A DNA stretch of 64,000 nucleotides from assembly GCF_030013595.1 (NCBI RefSeq), contig NZ_CP122768.1; one strand, 5' to 3'. Under the pieces are notes generated by a model. That model was given only the letters and a program-made list of their open reading frames with translations. It had not been told where the DNA came from and made no database searches. The translations under genes were made by a program, and so were the position numbers. This DNA is from Escherichia coli (lineage in GTDB: Bacteria; Pseudomonadota; Gammaproteobacteria; Enterobacterales; Enterobacteriaceae). Shown piece after piece: positions 30,059 through 39,427 of the stretch (positions are counted from its first letter, which is position 1; each line of letters opens with the position of its first letter).

Positions 30059-33000
30059 TTATTTAGTTGCTTTGAGTTCGGCAATTTCTTTCTGTAATGC
30101 TTCGATCTGGGCTTTATATTTGGCGTCCATTTCCTGAATAGCTTTAATAATCAAGGCATTAACAGCGGAGTTAGAAATAGTCTTAATTGCTTCTGGATTT
30201 TCTGGATCTTCGGTGGATTGAATACCTACTGCTTCCGGCAACACTTCTTCCAGATCCTGAGCAATAATACCTACTTCGCGTTTAATCACTGTGTCATCAG
30301 AAAGAGATTTAACTTTATCGTAGGTGTAGACTTTCAGGGAGTTTACTTTCTCTAATGCGCCGTCCTGTAATTCTTCCTTGTTGATTTTAAGGCGAGCATC
30401 AGAACGAATGTACACATCGTTAAAGCTACCGTTTCTGGATGCGCTTAAATCACCAGCCGCGTTAAAGTCAAACGTTGCATCGTGTACGTGCATACGCACC
30501 ATAGCATTTCCGATAGTACCGCTAGGAACATGTACACCCATTGCTGCGATATGATATTTACCTTGATGGGTTGCTTTCCATACGTTATGAGCGGAATCGG
30601 TTGATTGTTGACAGTCGACCTGAATACCAGAAGCACGATCACGCCAGCTAGTCCAACTACCACCAGCAACGCTACCACGAATAAGACCATTACCGCCACC
30701 GGATACAGTGCCCGTTTCAAGGTGAATCATCTTACCGCCGAATTTCCAGACTTCGGTTTGTTTCTCACCACGGAAGCGAATAACACCAGCGTCATCGCAA
30801 TACATCAAGCCCAACTCTAAACCGTTTGGATCTCTAAACCAGATGTGCTTATTGCCAGCGCGTTTAAACGTAATATCAGCACCAGTTGTTGTGATATTGC
30901 TAGCAACGTTTAGACTACCCGCCATAGAGAACAGAATAGGTCCAGTGCCACCCTGAGTACGTTCAGTATACCAGTGATAACTTGTAGCATCCTTACATTC
31001 AAAAACCTGTTTGCGTTGCTCGTTACCCCATGTATGGAGACTAAATTGCGAAGAAGAACCACGGTTAGCATCAAATGCAATTTCACCAGATTCTACACGT
31101 ACAAAGCCTCTAAAACGTGTTGTTATGTTACCAGTACCCATAGCACGTTCAGTGATAAAATGTGCGCCCTGACTGTCTTCAATCTGTAGGATGTTATCGC
31201 GACCGTTATTGCTATCGCCCCAATGGTTAAACCGGAAGTAATCGCGGGAATTTAATCGCCCAGCGTCGAAAGTCAAATGCCCTTTCTTAATGTAAACGTC
31301 ATTACTAAAGCGAGCGGCTTTGCTTGCACGTTCTAAGACTAATGCACCTTCGTTACCATCACCACCCAAAGTAACATTACCGCTACCAAGATGGTAAATG
31401 AACGGACGATAGCCGTTCCAACTACCAAGTTTATCATTTTCGGCAGTAGACAGAAGATATACGTTTTGACCATCATTACGCCAGAATGCACCATAATTAC
31501 CGTAGATCATGCGGTAAGCGTCGCTATTCATTGAGATGAATTGAGCGTTAGTATAAACTCGTTTTGTGTTACCGGTTGCAAGTTCGATCTGTCCGTCTAT
31601 GTGGTGACGAATAGAAGTACCACCTACATCACTATACCATTCAAAAACGTTAGTATCAGCATTACCATAACCGATCCACCCTTGACGGGTAATAGATCCA
31701 GTCCGATTATCTTGAAACGTAATATGGTTGGATTGACCAGCAGGACGCCGCAAGGTAATAACATTACTACCGCCACCCAACATCATTCGACCAGAAAGAA
31801 TATTACCTTTATGAGTCCCAGCAATAGAGCTACTAGATTCAACGGTTAGAATCTCCTGAGCATCTGTACTACCCGTGGCGAGTCGATAAGTAGAACCCTG
31901 AACCGTCTCATGCCAGATCATTTCATTATAGTTACTGCGGAATTTACGAATATATTTCCGACCAGTACCCCTATCATTACTCAAGTGAACAATATCATAA
32001 CTATTTTGTGTGTTATCGTCAAAACTCAACACACCTCGTTTGTTTTCGGTGTTGAAAAGAGTAATGATGCGCCCATCAATAACACCAACAGAAGGTTTAA
32101 TTAACGTGGCTTCCGGTGTATCGTGAACAGTCAGATTAACATAAACACTTTTACCAAATTCAACAATAACGTTATCAGTGTAACGCTGATATTTCACATA
32201 AATGTCATAGTTATCACCGGATGTATTGACGGCAAATACATCAAAATCTTTGACGGTATTTCGACGATATGCAACTACGTTAAGTCCTTTAGGTCTATCG
32301 TTACCACTACGGAGAAGAATTTCTACTACATCAACTTGGTCATATGCCGTAACGTTGTAACCATTACCACCATGAATACGGAAAAACACACTACGCCCGT
32401 TTTGTGGAATTGTTGCGGTTGCCAATTTGAAATATGCAGATACGTTTTCGCTAGAATTGGGAACAGACATAACGACGTTTTTAACAAACATCTTATCAAC
32501 TTCGGCTTTGGTGTATGCACCAATCTCGCCAGGAGTCGGCTTATCACCTTCGTGATACATCTTATAGCTAAAGTTCTTCTGTCCTTCTCTATCAAAACCA
32601 TAGGTTTCAACACGAGATCCACCAGACGCATAACGGAAAGTAAATCCGCGACCGTGAGCTTTACCGGCAGAGTGAGGAACGTTAAGAGTTAGATCCATGA
32701 GTCCATCTTGACCATTGGTACGGAAAGCACCAAAGTAGTTAAGATCTCTCGCTGTCTGGTCTTCCAAATAGTTAGCTGTTTTGGTTAACAGATACCCGCC
32801 ATGCTTAGTGTTGGTATTCTTCTTGATGTAAAGAGCATCGTTACTACCTTCAATACCATCAATTCGACGGTTAGCGGCTGCGATCGCTGAATCAGTATCA
32901 GTTTTGTTTTTGTCAACCTTTGCGTTAATAGCGGTATGGTTGCTATTCACCGTCCCTGTAAGGTTACTGATTTTAGTATCAACATCTTTCTTGTTGTCGG

Positions 33001-33520
33001 AAACGACCTTTTCAATCGCTGTTTTGTTAGCTGCAACCGTGCTAGTTAAGCTAGAAATTTTGTTATCTGCATCGGTTTTATTTGCAGTAACAGTTTTAGT
33101 CAAGTTGCTAACGTTGGTGTTAGTGGTATTAACTTTGTTGTTAATCGCGGTGTTATTGTCATTAACCGTCGTGGTTAAAGCTGCGATTTTATTGTCCGCA
33201 TCTCGTTTATTATTTGCTACAGTAGTTTCTATAGCTGATTTGTTAGATGCAACTGTCCCCGTAAGGTTATTGATCTTAGTATCAGCATCGGTTTTATTTG
33301 CCGCGATAGTCGCATCAGTAGTTTTCTTGTTATTGTCTACTTTTGTGTTTAAAGCATTATGACTTTCAGGAGAAACACTTACTTGAACTACTGCGTTATT
33401 TTTATCTTTGGTATAAATTACATGGTCTGCCATCTGAATAGCGATTTCACCGACCTGTAATTGTTCCGGCGTTGGCTTTTTACCAGCCGTCTGTGTGCGT
33501 TTAAATTGGATCGACTGCAT
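30059..33520 (-). CDS. Long side tail fibre with C-terminal intramolecular chaperone (peptidase S74-like) domain, 1153 aa
   Basis: Fibre-type N-terminus (MQSIQFKRTQTAGKKPTPEQLQVGEIA). About four 40-aa NKTDAD-x-KI-x-LT-x-TV repeats. The C-terminus (SDARLKINKEEL...VGIIAQDLEEVLPEAV...coiled coil) is typical of self-cleaving chaperone domains. Confidence 0.75.
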   Translation of the reverse strand: MQSIQFKRTQTAGKKPTPEQLQVGEIAIQMADHVIYTKDKNNAVVQVSVSPESHNALNTKVDNNKKTTDATIAANKTDADTKINNLTGTVASNKSAIETTVANNKRDADNKIAALTTTVNDNNTAINNKVNTTNTNVSNLTKTVTANKTDADNKISSLTSTVAANKTAIEKVVSDNKKDVDTKISNLTGTVNSNHTAINAKVDKNKTDTDSAIAAANRRIDGIEGSNDALYIKKNTNTKHGGYLLTKTANYLEDQTARDLNYFGAFRTNGQDGLMDLTLNVPHSAGKAHGRGFTFRYASGGSRVETYGFDREGQKNFSYKMYHEGDKPTPGEIGAYTKAEVDKMFVKNVVMSVPNSSENVSAYFKLATATIPQNGRSVFFRIHGGNGYNVTAYDQVDVVEILLRSGNDRPKGLNVVAYRRNTVKDFDVFAVNTSGDNYDIYVKYQRYTDNVIVEFGKSVYVNLTVHDTPEATLIKPSVGVIDGRIITLFNTENKRGVLSFDDNTQNSYDIVHLSNDRGTGRKYIRKFRSNYNEMIWHETVQGSTYRLATGSTDAQEILTVESSSSIAGTHKGNILSGRMMLGGGSNVITLRRPAGQSNHITFQDNRTGSITRQGWIGYGNADTNVFEWYSDVGGTSIRHHIDGQIELATGNTKRVYTNAQFISMNSDAYRMIYGNYGAFWRNDGQNVYLLSTAENDKLGSWNGYRPFIYHLGSGNVTLGGDGNEGALVLERASKAARFSNDVYIKKGHLTFDAGRLNSRDYFRFNHWGDSNNGRDNILQIEDSQGAHFITERAMGTGNITTRFRGFVRVESGEIAFDANRGSSSQFSLHTWGNEQRKQVFECKDATSYHWYTERTQGGTGPILFSMAGSLNVASNITTTGADITFKRAGNKHIWFRDPNGLELGLMYCDDAGVIRFRGEKQTEVWKFGGKMIHLETGTVSGGGNGLIRGSVAGGSWTSWRDRASGIQVDCQQSTDSAHNVWKATHQGKYHIAAMGVHVPSGTIGNAMVRMHVHDATFDFNAAGDLSASRNGSFNDVYIRSDARLKINKEELQDGALEKVNSLKVYTYDKVKSLSDDTVIKREVGIIAQDLEEVLPEAVGIQSTEDPENPEAIKTISNSAVNALIIKAIQEMDAKYKAQIEALQKEIAELKATK

Positions 33521-33597
33521 CGAATCACCTCACTATAAAACAGGAATAAGGGAGGCGTTAACCTCCCAACGTTCATGTTTTATTTAGGTACGCAATC

Positions 33598-34431
33598 TTA
33601 ATACTCACCGAAATCGATCCGGTCCGTCTTAGCCACTGCGCCAATTTCGGCTGGCGTAGGCTTCTCGTTTGTTGTATAGACTTTAATCCATTCCGATTTT
33701 CCGTTGTCCTGAATATTTCGTACCCGCAAACGTGGAGCACCGGAAGTATTACACGTTAATTGCCATGCGCCATGCTCATTAGCTTGAAGATGAATTAACG
33801 ATGTATCAGCACCATAAGGGTTAGTGCTAGCCGTTCCTTTGTAGGTTACAAAGCGGTTTCCTGTCAGAGATTCACTATCAATAGGTCCGGTGAATGGGCT
33901 AACGCCTGAGCCTACGCCAAAATCCCCTTGTCGGATGAGTTTTCCCTCGGTCGCTATACCCCTTGCTAGAATCCCGCCATCTGGTTCAAGTTTAAATTCC
34001 AGTGTTACAGCTTTGTTATCACTACCACGGGTTTTATGTGATGTGACGTAAGCATCGAATATACAAAAGTACCCTGTGTTAGCAGCACTATAGCCAGAGT
34101 TCACAACATAGAACATACGGAAGCGTAAAGGTGTTTTATCCTCTACCGCTTTCATCAACATTGCTTGATGTTCGTCATCCAGAACACGGTTTAACGTGAG
34201 TGTCGTCGGTTCCAGTCTACGATAACCAGCAAGTTTCCCCGTAGCGTCCTGATCGTACTCTTCCAGAGTTTCAATCTCTGTGGATTCTGTTAGCGTAGGG
34301 AATGCTGCGACGTTCTCAATAGAACTAAAGCTAGGATCGAAAAAGTCGACCTGATTGTCTAGCTGGTTAGAGATCGACACTTCAACATGCGATCCCGTAA
34401 AAATATCTAAGTTATCTTGTGTAATATTCAT
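33598..34431 (-). CDS. Tail-tube-like protein with C-terminal fibre-like domain, 277 aa
   Basis: The N-terminal 150 aa align by eye with the 158-aa tube protein (FP-T-xxE...LTLTxN...). The C-terminal EKPTPAEIGA motif is also present in the fibre (DKPTPGEIGA). Confidence 0.5.
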   Translation of the reverse strand: MNITQDNLDIFTGSHVEVSISNQLDNQVDFFDPSFSSIENVAAFPTLTESTEIETLEEYDQDATGKLAGYRRLEPTTLTLNRVLDDEHQAMLMKAVEDKTPLRFRMFYVVNSGYSAANTGYFCIFDAYVTSHKTRGSDNKAVTLEFKLEPDGGILARGIATEGKLIRQGDFGVGSGVSPFTGPIDSESLTGNRFVTYKGTASTNPYGADTSLIHLQANEHGAWQLTCNTSGAPRLRVRNIQDNGKSEWIKVYTTNEKPTPAEIGAVAKTDRIDFGEY

Positions 34432-34440
34432 TATTACCCC

Positions 34441-34863
34441 TTAAAAACGCGCTAGATAAGAAAATTTAAGGCTAAGTGTCCCAACGATACCCCCATCACT
34501 AGAATCATCGTCATAATCGGTATTAGAAGCTACTGGAGTGATATCTGAAATTGAGAAGCCCAAATCTTTAAAACGTGGGTTATCCGGCTGAATCTGGATT
34601 ATCTGGCAAATACCCTCATGAATTTTGGTTTCATGAATCTGAGAATACAATTGCATTTCGATAACGCATTCAGCTTGCATTGCATTACCGCCACGGACCC
34701 TATTGTAAGTCTCATTCATTCCGGTGATCCAACAAACCACGTCATCACTAAAGCCTTGCTGAGTTTGTTCTACGTTTAAAGCCAGACCTAAATCTTGTTC
34801 GATAATATCCTGCAAGGCGCGTTTGATTTTCAGTCTAGGCATATTATTAACGGTAGCGAGCAT
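34441..34863 (-). CDS. Head-tail/tail completion protein, about 140 aa
   Basis: Start at MLATVNNMPRL (AGGGGG SD). Called on position between the adaptor and tube genes. Confidence 0.35.
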   Translation of the reverse strand: MLATVNNMPRLKIKRALQDIIEQDLGLALNVEQTQQGFSDDVVCWITGMNETYNRVRGGNAMQAECVIEMQLYSQIHETKIHEGICQIIQIQPDNPRFKDLGFSISDITPVASNTDYDDDSSDGGIVGTLSLKFSYLARF

Positions 34864-35137
34864 GTGTACCCCCTGCCAGAGTGATAAAGCAATCAGTTGT
34901 ATTGTCACCATTGCGCTTAACGTATTGAACTTTGAAACGCTGATTTTCTACAGTGACAATATCACCCTGCTTTAAGTCTCCCTCACGACAAAATAGAAAT
35001 TCTGTCTCTGTCATTACCCCTGATTCGTCGGTAGTAGTAATTTCATGATAAGCACGAATTGATTTACCACCTTCCACCGAAAATACAGGAGCACTTCGGA
35101 ACATTCTTGATAATTGTGATTCTGATAATTTGAACAT
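34847..35137 (-). CDS. Head-tail adaptor-like protein, 96 aa
   Basis: Small protein directly after the capsid terminator. Called on position. Confidence 0.4.
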   Translation of the reverse strand: MFKLSESQLSRMFRSAPVFSVEGGKSIRAYHEITTTDESGVMTETEFLFCREGDLKQGDIVTVENQRFKVQYVKRNGDNTTDCFITLAGGTHARYR

Positions 35138-35167
35138 AGTTACCCCCTTTATGGAGTATTTACATAC

Positions 35168-35194
35168 AAAAAAGCCCCACCGTTAGGCAGGGCT
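35168..35194 (-). terminator. Rho-independent terminator (module copy 2 of 3)
   Basis: Minus strand reads AGCCCTGCC-taac-GGTGGGGCT followed by TTTTTT. Confidence 0.75.
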
Positions 35195-35199
35195 AATTA

Positions 35200-35286
35200 T
35201 TATTTTGCTTTCGGTGGACGTCCCACCTTTTTAGCTGTGGCTTTCGCCGTAACTACCGGAATTTCTTCCGGCAATTCTTCGTTATT
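35200..35286 (-). other. In-frame 28-codon extension after the TGA of the capsid gene (candidate readthrough domain)
   Basis: Hand translation gives NNEELPEEIPVVTAKATAKKVGRPPKAK-TAA. Confidence 0.5.
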
Positions 35287-37293
35287 TCACTCTTCGCCAA
35301 TTTTCAGAACTTTCAGAGCTTCCGGCTGTGCTACAACGTAGTCCAAATCTACAAAGATACGAGGCACTACCGCACCACGGTCACGGTATGTAGTTAGATC
35401 CATATCCAGTTCCAGACCGCCCCACTCACCGATGGTAATACCGGAGAAGTCACCCAGAACGATGTGGTCTGCCGGAATAACGCCAGAAGTAACTACTTCG
35501 TAACCAGCCAGTTTGCCGTTTTCGATGATATAACCGGAAACGCCGTTATCTTTCAGGGTAGATTCCAGTTCGGCAGCAGTTGCACCGCTCATTGCAAACT
35601 TGATCGCCTGAGCAGGAACGCCAGCGTCGGTCAGTGCTGCAATTTCTTTCAGGAAGTCTTTATAAGAGAAAGCAGCTTTCTTGGTAACGCGGCTAGCGTC
35701 TACCAGTTGCTTAACCAGACCAGCCGGACCACGAGCATTTTCTTTATCAGACAGAATCAGTTGTTCCAGTTTGATACGAACAGCTTTGTTAATGTGATCA
35801 GTGATCAGGGTAGCGATGCCCGGAACGGTTTTCAGCGACTGACGGCTGATCGGGTTGCCACCAGCAAAAGTTTTCGGAGACAGTTTCACGTTCGCAAATT
35901 CAGCTTTGCTTTCCGGTGCAGCACCGTTTTCATCAACGAAGCCGAAAGCGTCAACGCTGGAAGCGGTCATTTTTGGAATAGCGGTCGGGGAGTTCAAGCC
36001 ACTGTAAACAGTCACACCCAGACGACCCAGACACGAAGCAGGAAGCAGCATTTCGATGTAGGATTCAGTCATCAGTTTTTCGTCAGTGATAGCGGTCAGG
36101 TCGGCTTTGGTGTTACCAGCAGAAGCAGCACGCAGAGCAGCAGCCGGAACGAATACAGAGCCACCACGAGCAGCACGACCACGCTGCATAGTTGCAGTAG
36201 CAGCCATTGCGGAATATTCAGCTTCGTTAGCGCCGAGCACGTCGCCATCTACCAGGGAGCGGATTACGTTATTAAGATCGAAAGTTTTTTCCATGATTTG
36301 TTCCTTATTAATTTGTTCGTTATTACGTTGAGCATTGGTAATGTTATTTAGTGCCTTAGTGCGGAATGCTTCCGGCGTCATGTCTTTAATTGCCAATGCG
36401 CGTGCTAATTCAGAGTCATCAATATTTAGTTCGCGTGCAATTTCGCGAATTTCTAATTCGTCTTCTTCGGAACGTTCAGCCACTTCCTCGGTTTTTTCTT
36501 CTTCAACCGGAGCGGCTTCACGTTCTTCTTTTACTTCTTCTGTTTCCCGAACAGTTGAACTATCATCATCAACACTTTCAGGATGTTCAGCGTCTTTTCC
36601 GTCTTCGAGATTTTCATCTTCTTTATTCTCTTCAACTTGGCGCTCTTGAGTTTCTTCAACTTCCGGTTCTTTATTTTCTTCTACCGGAGTTTCTTCAACC
36701 TGAGCGGCTTCTTGTTCTTCTTTGATTTCTTCGATTTGTTCTTTAGTCATATCGCGTTTAGCCCCCAAATTAACTGTGATAGTATTTAGAGAGCGATTTA
36801 AACCGACCGTATCGTCTGCGGGCACCGACACCCATGAAATCTCGTGAGGAATCCATTTAGAAACAATGAGTTGCGATTTAGCGTAGTCGATGTGATATTC
36901 TTTAATGTCATAACCGACAGAAATTTTTTCCATCGTACCTTCAATGACTTTATTGCGAATATCATTAGCCAAAGTGCCATGCTTAGAGAATCTAACGGTC
37001 GCACGGCCTACGTTATCCGCATCGATTCGAGCGTTACAAACGACACCAATGTGATTATCGAAATTGTGATTGAACAGCAACGGAGCGTTATTATTCAGAC
37101 GAGACAGATCAACCGCTTCCGGTGTATGTACCAGAATTTCATCTAATACCACCATTTCTTGATTTTGCTCATCCCAAAATTGGCGCTGATAAGGCTGTGT
37201 ACTTGAGAAAGCAATTTCAAATTCGTATTGATCGTTATGCCCTTCATTAATAACTCCACCGTAACCGTTAAGATCGCGGCGAAATTTAAGCAT
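35287..37293 (-). CDS. Prohead protease - acidic scaffold-like linker - HK97-fold major capsid protein, single 668-aa ORF
   Basis: The N-terminal roughly 170 aa resemble HK97-family prohead serine proteases (LLFNHN..., ISVGY). Residues about 180-330 are Glu-rich and repetitive. The C-terminal roughly 335 aa are MCP-like and highly codon-optimised. Confidence 0.7.
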   Translation of the reverse strand: MLKFRRDLNGYGGVINEGHNDQYEFEIAFSSTQPYQRQFWDEQNQEMVVLDEILVHTPEAVDLSRLNNNAPLLFNHNFDNHIGVVCNARIDADNVGRATVRFSKHGTLANDIRNKVIEGTMEKISVGYDIKEYHIDYAKSQLIVSKWIPHEISWVSVPADDTVGLNRSLNTITVNLGAKRDMTKEQIEEIKEEQEAAQVEETPVEENKEPEVEETQERQVEENKEDENLEDGKDAEHPESVDDDSSTVRETEEVKEEREAAPVEEEKTEEVAERSEEDELEIREIARELNIDDSELARALAIKDMTPEAFRTKALNNITNAQRNNEQINKEQIMEKTFDLNNVIRSLVDGDVLGANEAEYSAMAATATMQRGRAARGGSVFVPAAALRAASAGNTKADLTAITDEKLMTESYIEMLLPASCLGRLGVTVYSGLNSPTAIPKMTASSVDAFGFVDENGAAPESKAEFANVKLSPKTFAGGNPISRQSLKTVPGIATLITDHINKAVRIKLEQLILSDKENARGPAGLVKQLVDASRVTKKAAFSYKDFLKEIAALTDAGVPAQAIKFAMSGATAAELESTLKDNGVSGYIIENGKLAGYEVVTSGVIPADHIVLGDFSGITIGEWGGLELDMDLTTYRDRGAVVPRIFVDLDYVVAQPEALKVLKIGEE

Positions 37294-37338
37294 TTAATCA
37301 CCTTTAATTAATTGGGGGCATTGCGCCCCCGTTGGTTA

Positions 37339-38850
37339 TTAGGGATCGGCTGGGGAATTTTTTTCTTCACCCTCGCCATCAACGATAATATTTAGTGCGC
37401 TCTTTTCGGCTTGAATCTCTGAGAATACTTTTTCAGGATCATCACCACGTTCAAGAATAACGGCAGTACGTGATTTAAGTCCTTTATCAATTAAAGCAAT
37501 CTCGGCGCTTACGTCTTTAAATGGATCGACGGATTCAAAACGAGGACGAATAATAGTAGTGTTGTCGATAATATGCGGAATTGCAGTAATACGAATCGGA
37601 ACAATACCACGCGCGGAATAATGGCGTAGATATGCTTCGAAAATTGGCAATACCACTGTTTCAATCAATTTGTTTTGCAGTGCTTTAACTCGTGTGCGCT
37701 GGGTTAATTCACCGAAACGTGCGGCTGAGTAGTTGATCTGGCTAGTATCACCAGTCAAGCCCTGTTTAAACACGCCTAAGCCCATTGATACGCTAGTAAA
37801 CATCGCATCATTGAAGCTGTTAAAGTCATCACCGCTTTGCGTCGCCTGGATGCTCTTGATCGTTGCCCCTTCCGGCAATTCCTGAATAGTACCCGGTGCA
37901 AAATCCTGTACTACTTCCGGCGCTTGATATTGTTCATCCTCTTCACCAGTATCAAAATCGTCACCAGAATCTTTCGGACGTTCGATAAAGCCCATAGAAC
38001 TAGCCGCAATACGTTTCTGGACGATCGCAGTTTCGCGGAATGCGTCTTGATGTGCGATATCCTTAATCACTGGCAGGAAATCAGTCACACCACGCAGGGA
38101 TTCAGACGCAAGTGGTTGATAATAATGGAATACTTGCGAAGCATCGACGCGATAGTTATCACCTGTGTAAGTCTGAGTCAGTAGGTTGATTTTACGAAAC
38201 CAATATGCAACAGGGCGCATTGTTTCTACGTCATACTCGATCCCCTGATAGATAGCACGTTCTTTGCTTATTTCACGGTTTAGCGACCAGTCGCACTTAT
38301 CAGCAGACAGGATGGAAACATTTAACTCATTGTTTTCTTTGGTTAAAACGATGAAGCACTCACCACCCATAACGCGCTCACGTTCAGCCATTACCAGCAG
38401 TTCACGGAAGTTAAAGCGACCGTTACGAGAGAAGCGTTTAGCGTTCTGCGCCCACTTCCAGAAAGCATTCTCGATCTGCTTATTCAGTGCGCTATCAAGT
38501 TTGCCATTTGATTTAACGATTGACGGCTTCGGATCTAGGCCAGTACCTACCACCATATCGGTGATGTATTGCGTGTAGCGACTGCCAACGGAAGTGTTTA
38601 AGGCCAGAGTACGACCCTGATCATAAAGGCGCTCACCGTTCGATTTGAGAGCCTTATTGAAGGTTCCTGTAATGGTGTCTTGTTGAAGTGATCCATCAAT
38701 ACGATCACCAACCAGTCCTAAACTACGAGTCGCCAGAGATTTCTGGTATCTTTCTATAGATTTGTCGATGAAAATTTTTGGTTGTTGCTGGCGGTGATTA
38801 GTTTTAACTGGAGTTTCTACCGCCTTTTTGCGTCGAAAAAGATTAAACAT
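37339..38850 (-). CDS. Portal protein (lambda gpB family)
   Basis: 503 aa, positioned between the terminase/W-like genes and the protease-capsid gene. Sequence character resembles lambda-family portals. Confidence 0.75.
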   Translation of the reverse strand: MFNLFRRKKAVETPVKTNHRQQQPKIFIDKSIERYQKSLATRSLGLVGDRIDGSLQQDTITGTFNKALKSNGERLYDQGRTLALNTSVGSRYTQYITDMVVGTGLDPKPSIVKSNGKLDSALNKQIENAFWKWAQNAKRFSRNGRFNFRELLVMAERERVMGGECFIVLTKENNELNVSILSADKCDWSLNREISKERAIYQGIEYDVETMRPVAYWFRKINLLTQTYTGDNYRVDASQVFHYYQPLASESLRGVTDFLPVIKDIAHQDAFRETAIVQKRIAASSMGFIERPKDSGDDFDTGEEDEQYQAPEVVQDFAPGTIQELPEGATIKSIQATQSGDDFNSFNDAMFTSVSMGLGVFKQGLTGDTSQINYSAARFGELTQRTRVKALQNKLIETVVLPIFEAYLRHYSARGIVPIRITAIPHIIDNTTIIRPRFESVDPFKDVSAEIALIDKGLKSRTAVILERGDDPEKVFSEIQAEKSALNIIVDGEGEEKNSPADP

Positions 38851-38860
38851 GATTTACCCC

Positions 38861-39355
38861 TTATCGCGTAAGACGTAATTTGATATTTTTAATCGGACTA
38901 ATTCCCTGTTTACGTCGTTCGGCTTGAATTAATTTAGATAACTGACGTTCATAATCAGTCTTCAATTGCTGGAGAACACCCAATGACTCATAGGCGAAAG
39001 TATTCCCTTTCACGGTCATTTGAGATAATGCGGCTTCGTCCCCAGATAGCCTGGCGAAAATAACTTGCTCGATTACAGAAATCGTTTCGCGCAGATGTTC
39101 TTTTTTGGATTGTTTGGCGAATACTGGCAAAACAGTTAATTCCTGCATTGATACCAGTTCTTCATCAAGAGTAATAACAATGGTCATCTTCCCTTCTGGA
39201 AAGTCTAACGTTTTAATCTCGTGATTTTCCGGTGCATCATCGACCTGATAGACAATGCCTTTGCTATTACCTACCTGAATTGTTACACCCTCTTCATTCG
39301 CAAGCGTGACTTTTTCGCCTTTACGAATTACTAAGGGAATTAGTTCTAAACTCAT
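38861..39355 (-). CDS. Head-tail joining protein, gpW-like C-terminal half with extra N-terminal domain
   Basis: 164 aa, between terminase and portal as lambda W is. The C-terminal helix-rich segment is gpW-like. Confidence 0.45.
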   Translation of the reverse strand: MSLELIPLVIRKGEKVTLANEEGVTIQVGNSKGIVYQVDDAPENHEIKTLDFPEGKMTIVITLDEELVSMQELTVLPVFAKQSKKEHLRETISVIEQVIFARLSGDEAALSQMTVKGNTFAYESLGVLQQLKTDYERQLSKLIQAERRKQGISPIKNIKLRLTR

Positions 39356-39427
39356 AATTACCCCTTATTTAATTGTTATTGGATTAACAATATTTAGGAG
39401 TAAGCCGCCCCGAAGGACGGCGAGTTA

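Noticed and set aside
32904-33362. 152-aa extremely hydrophobic plus-strand ORF inside the fibre gene
   Set aside because: It is the antisense of the Asn/Thr/Lys/Ala repeat region of the fibre. Its Leu/Val/Phe-rich repetitive translation is an artefact of that repeat.
35464-36351. 295-aa plus-strand ORF opposite the capsid gene (and the similar ones at 36086-36789)
   Set aside because: They are antisense shadows of a highly codon-biased gene. They have no RBS and implausible composition.
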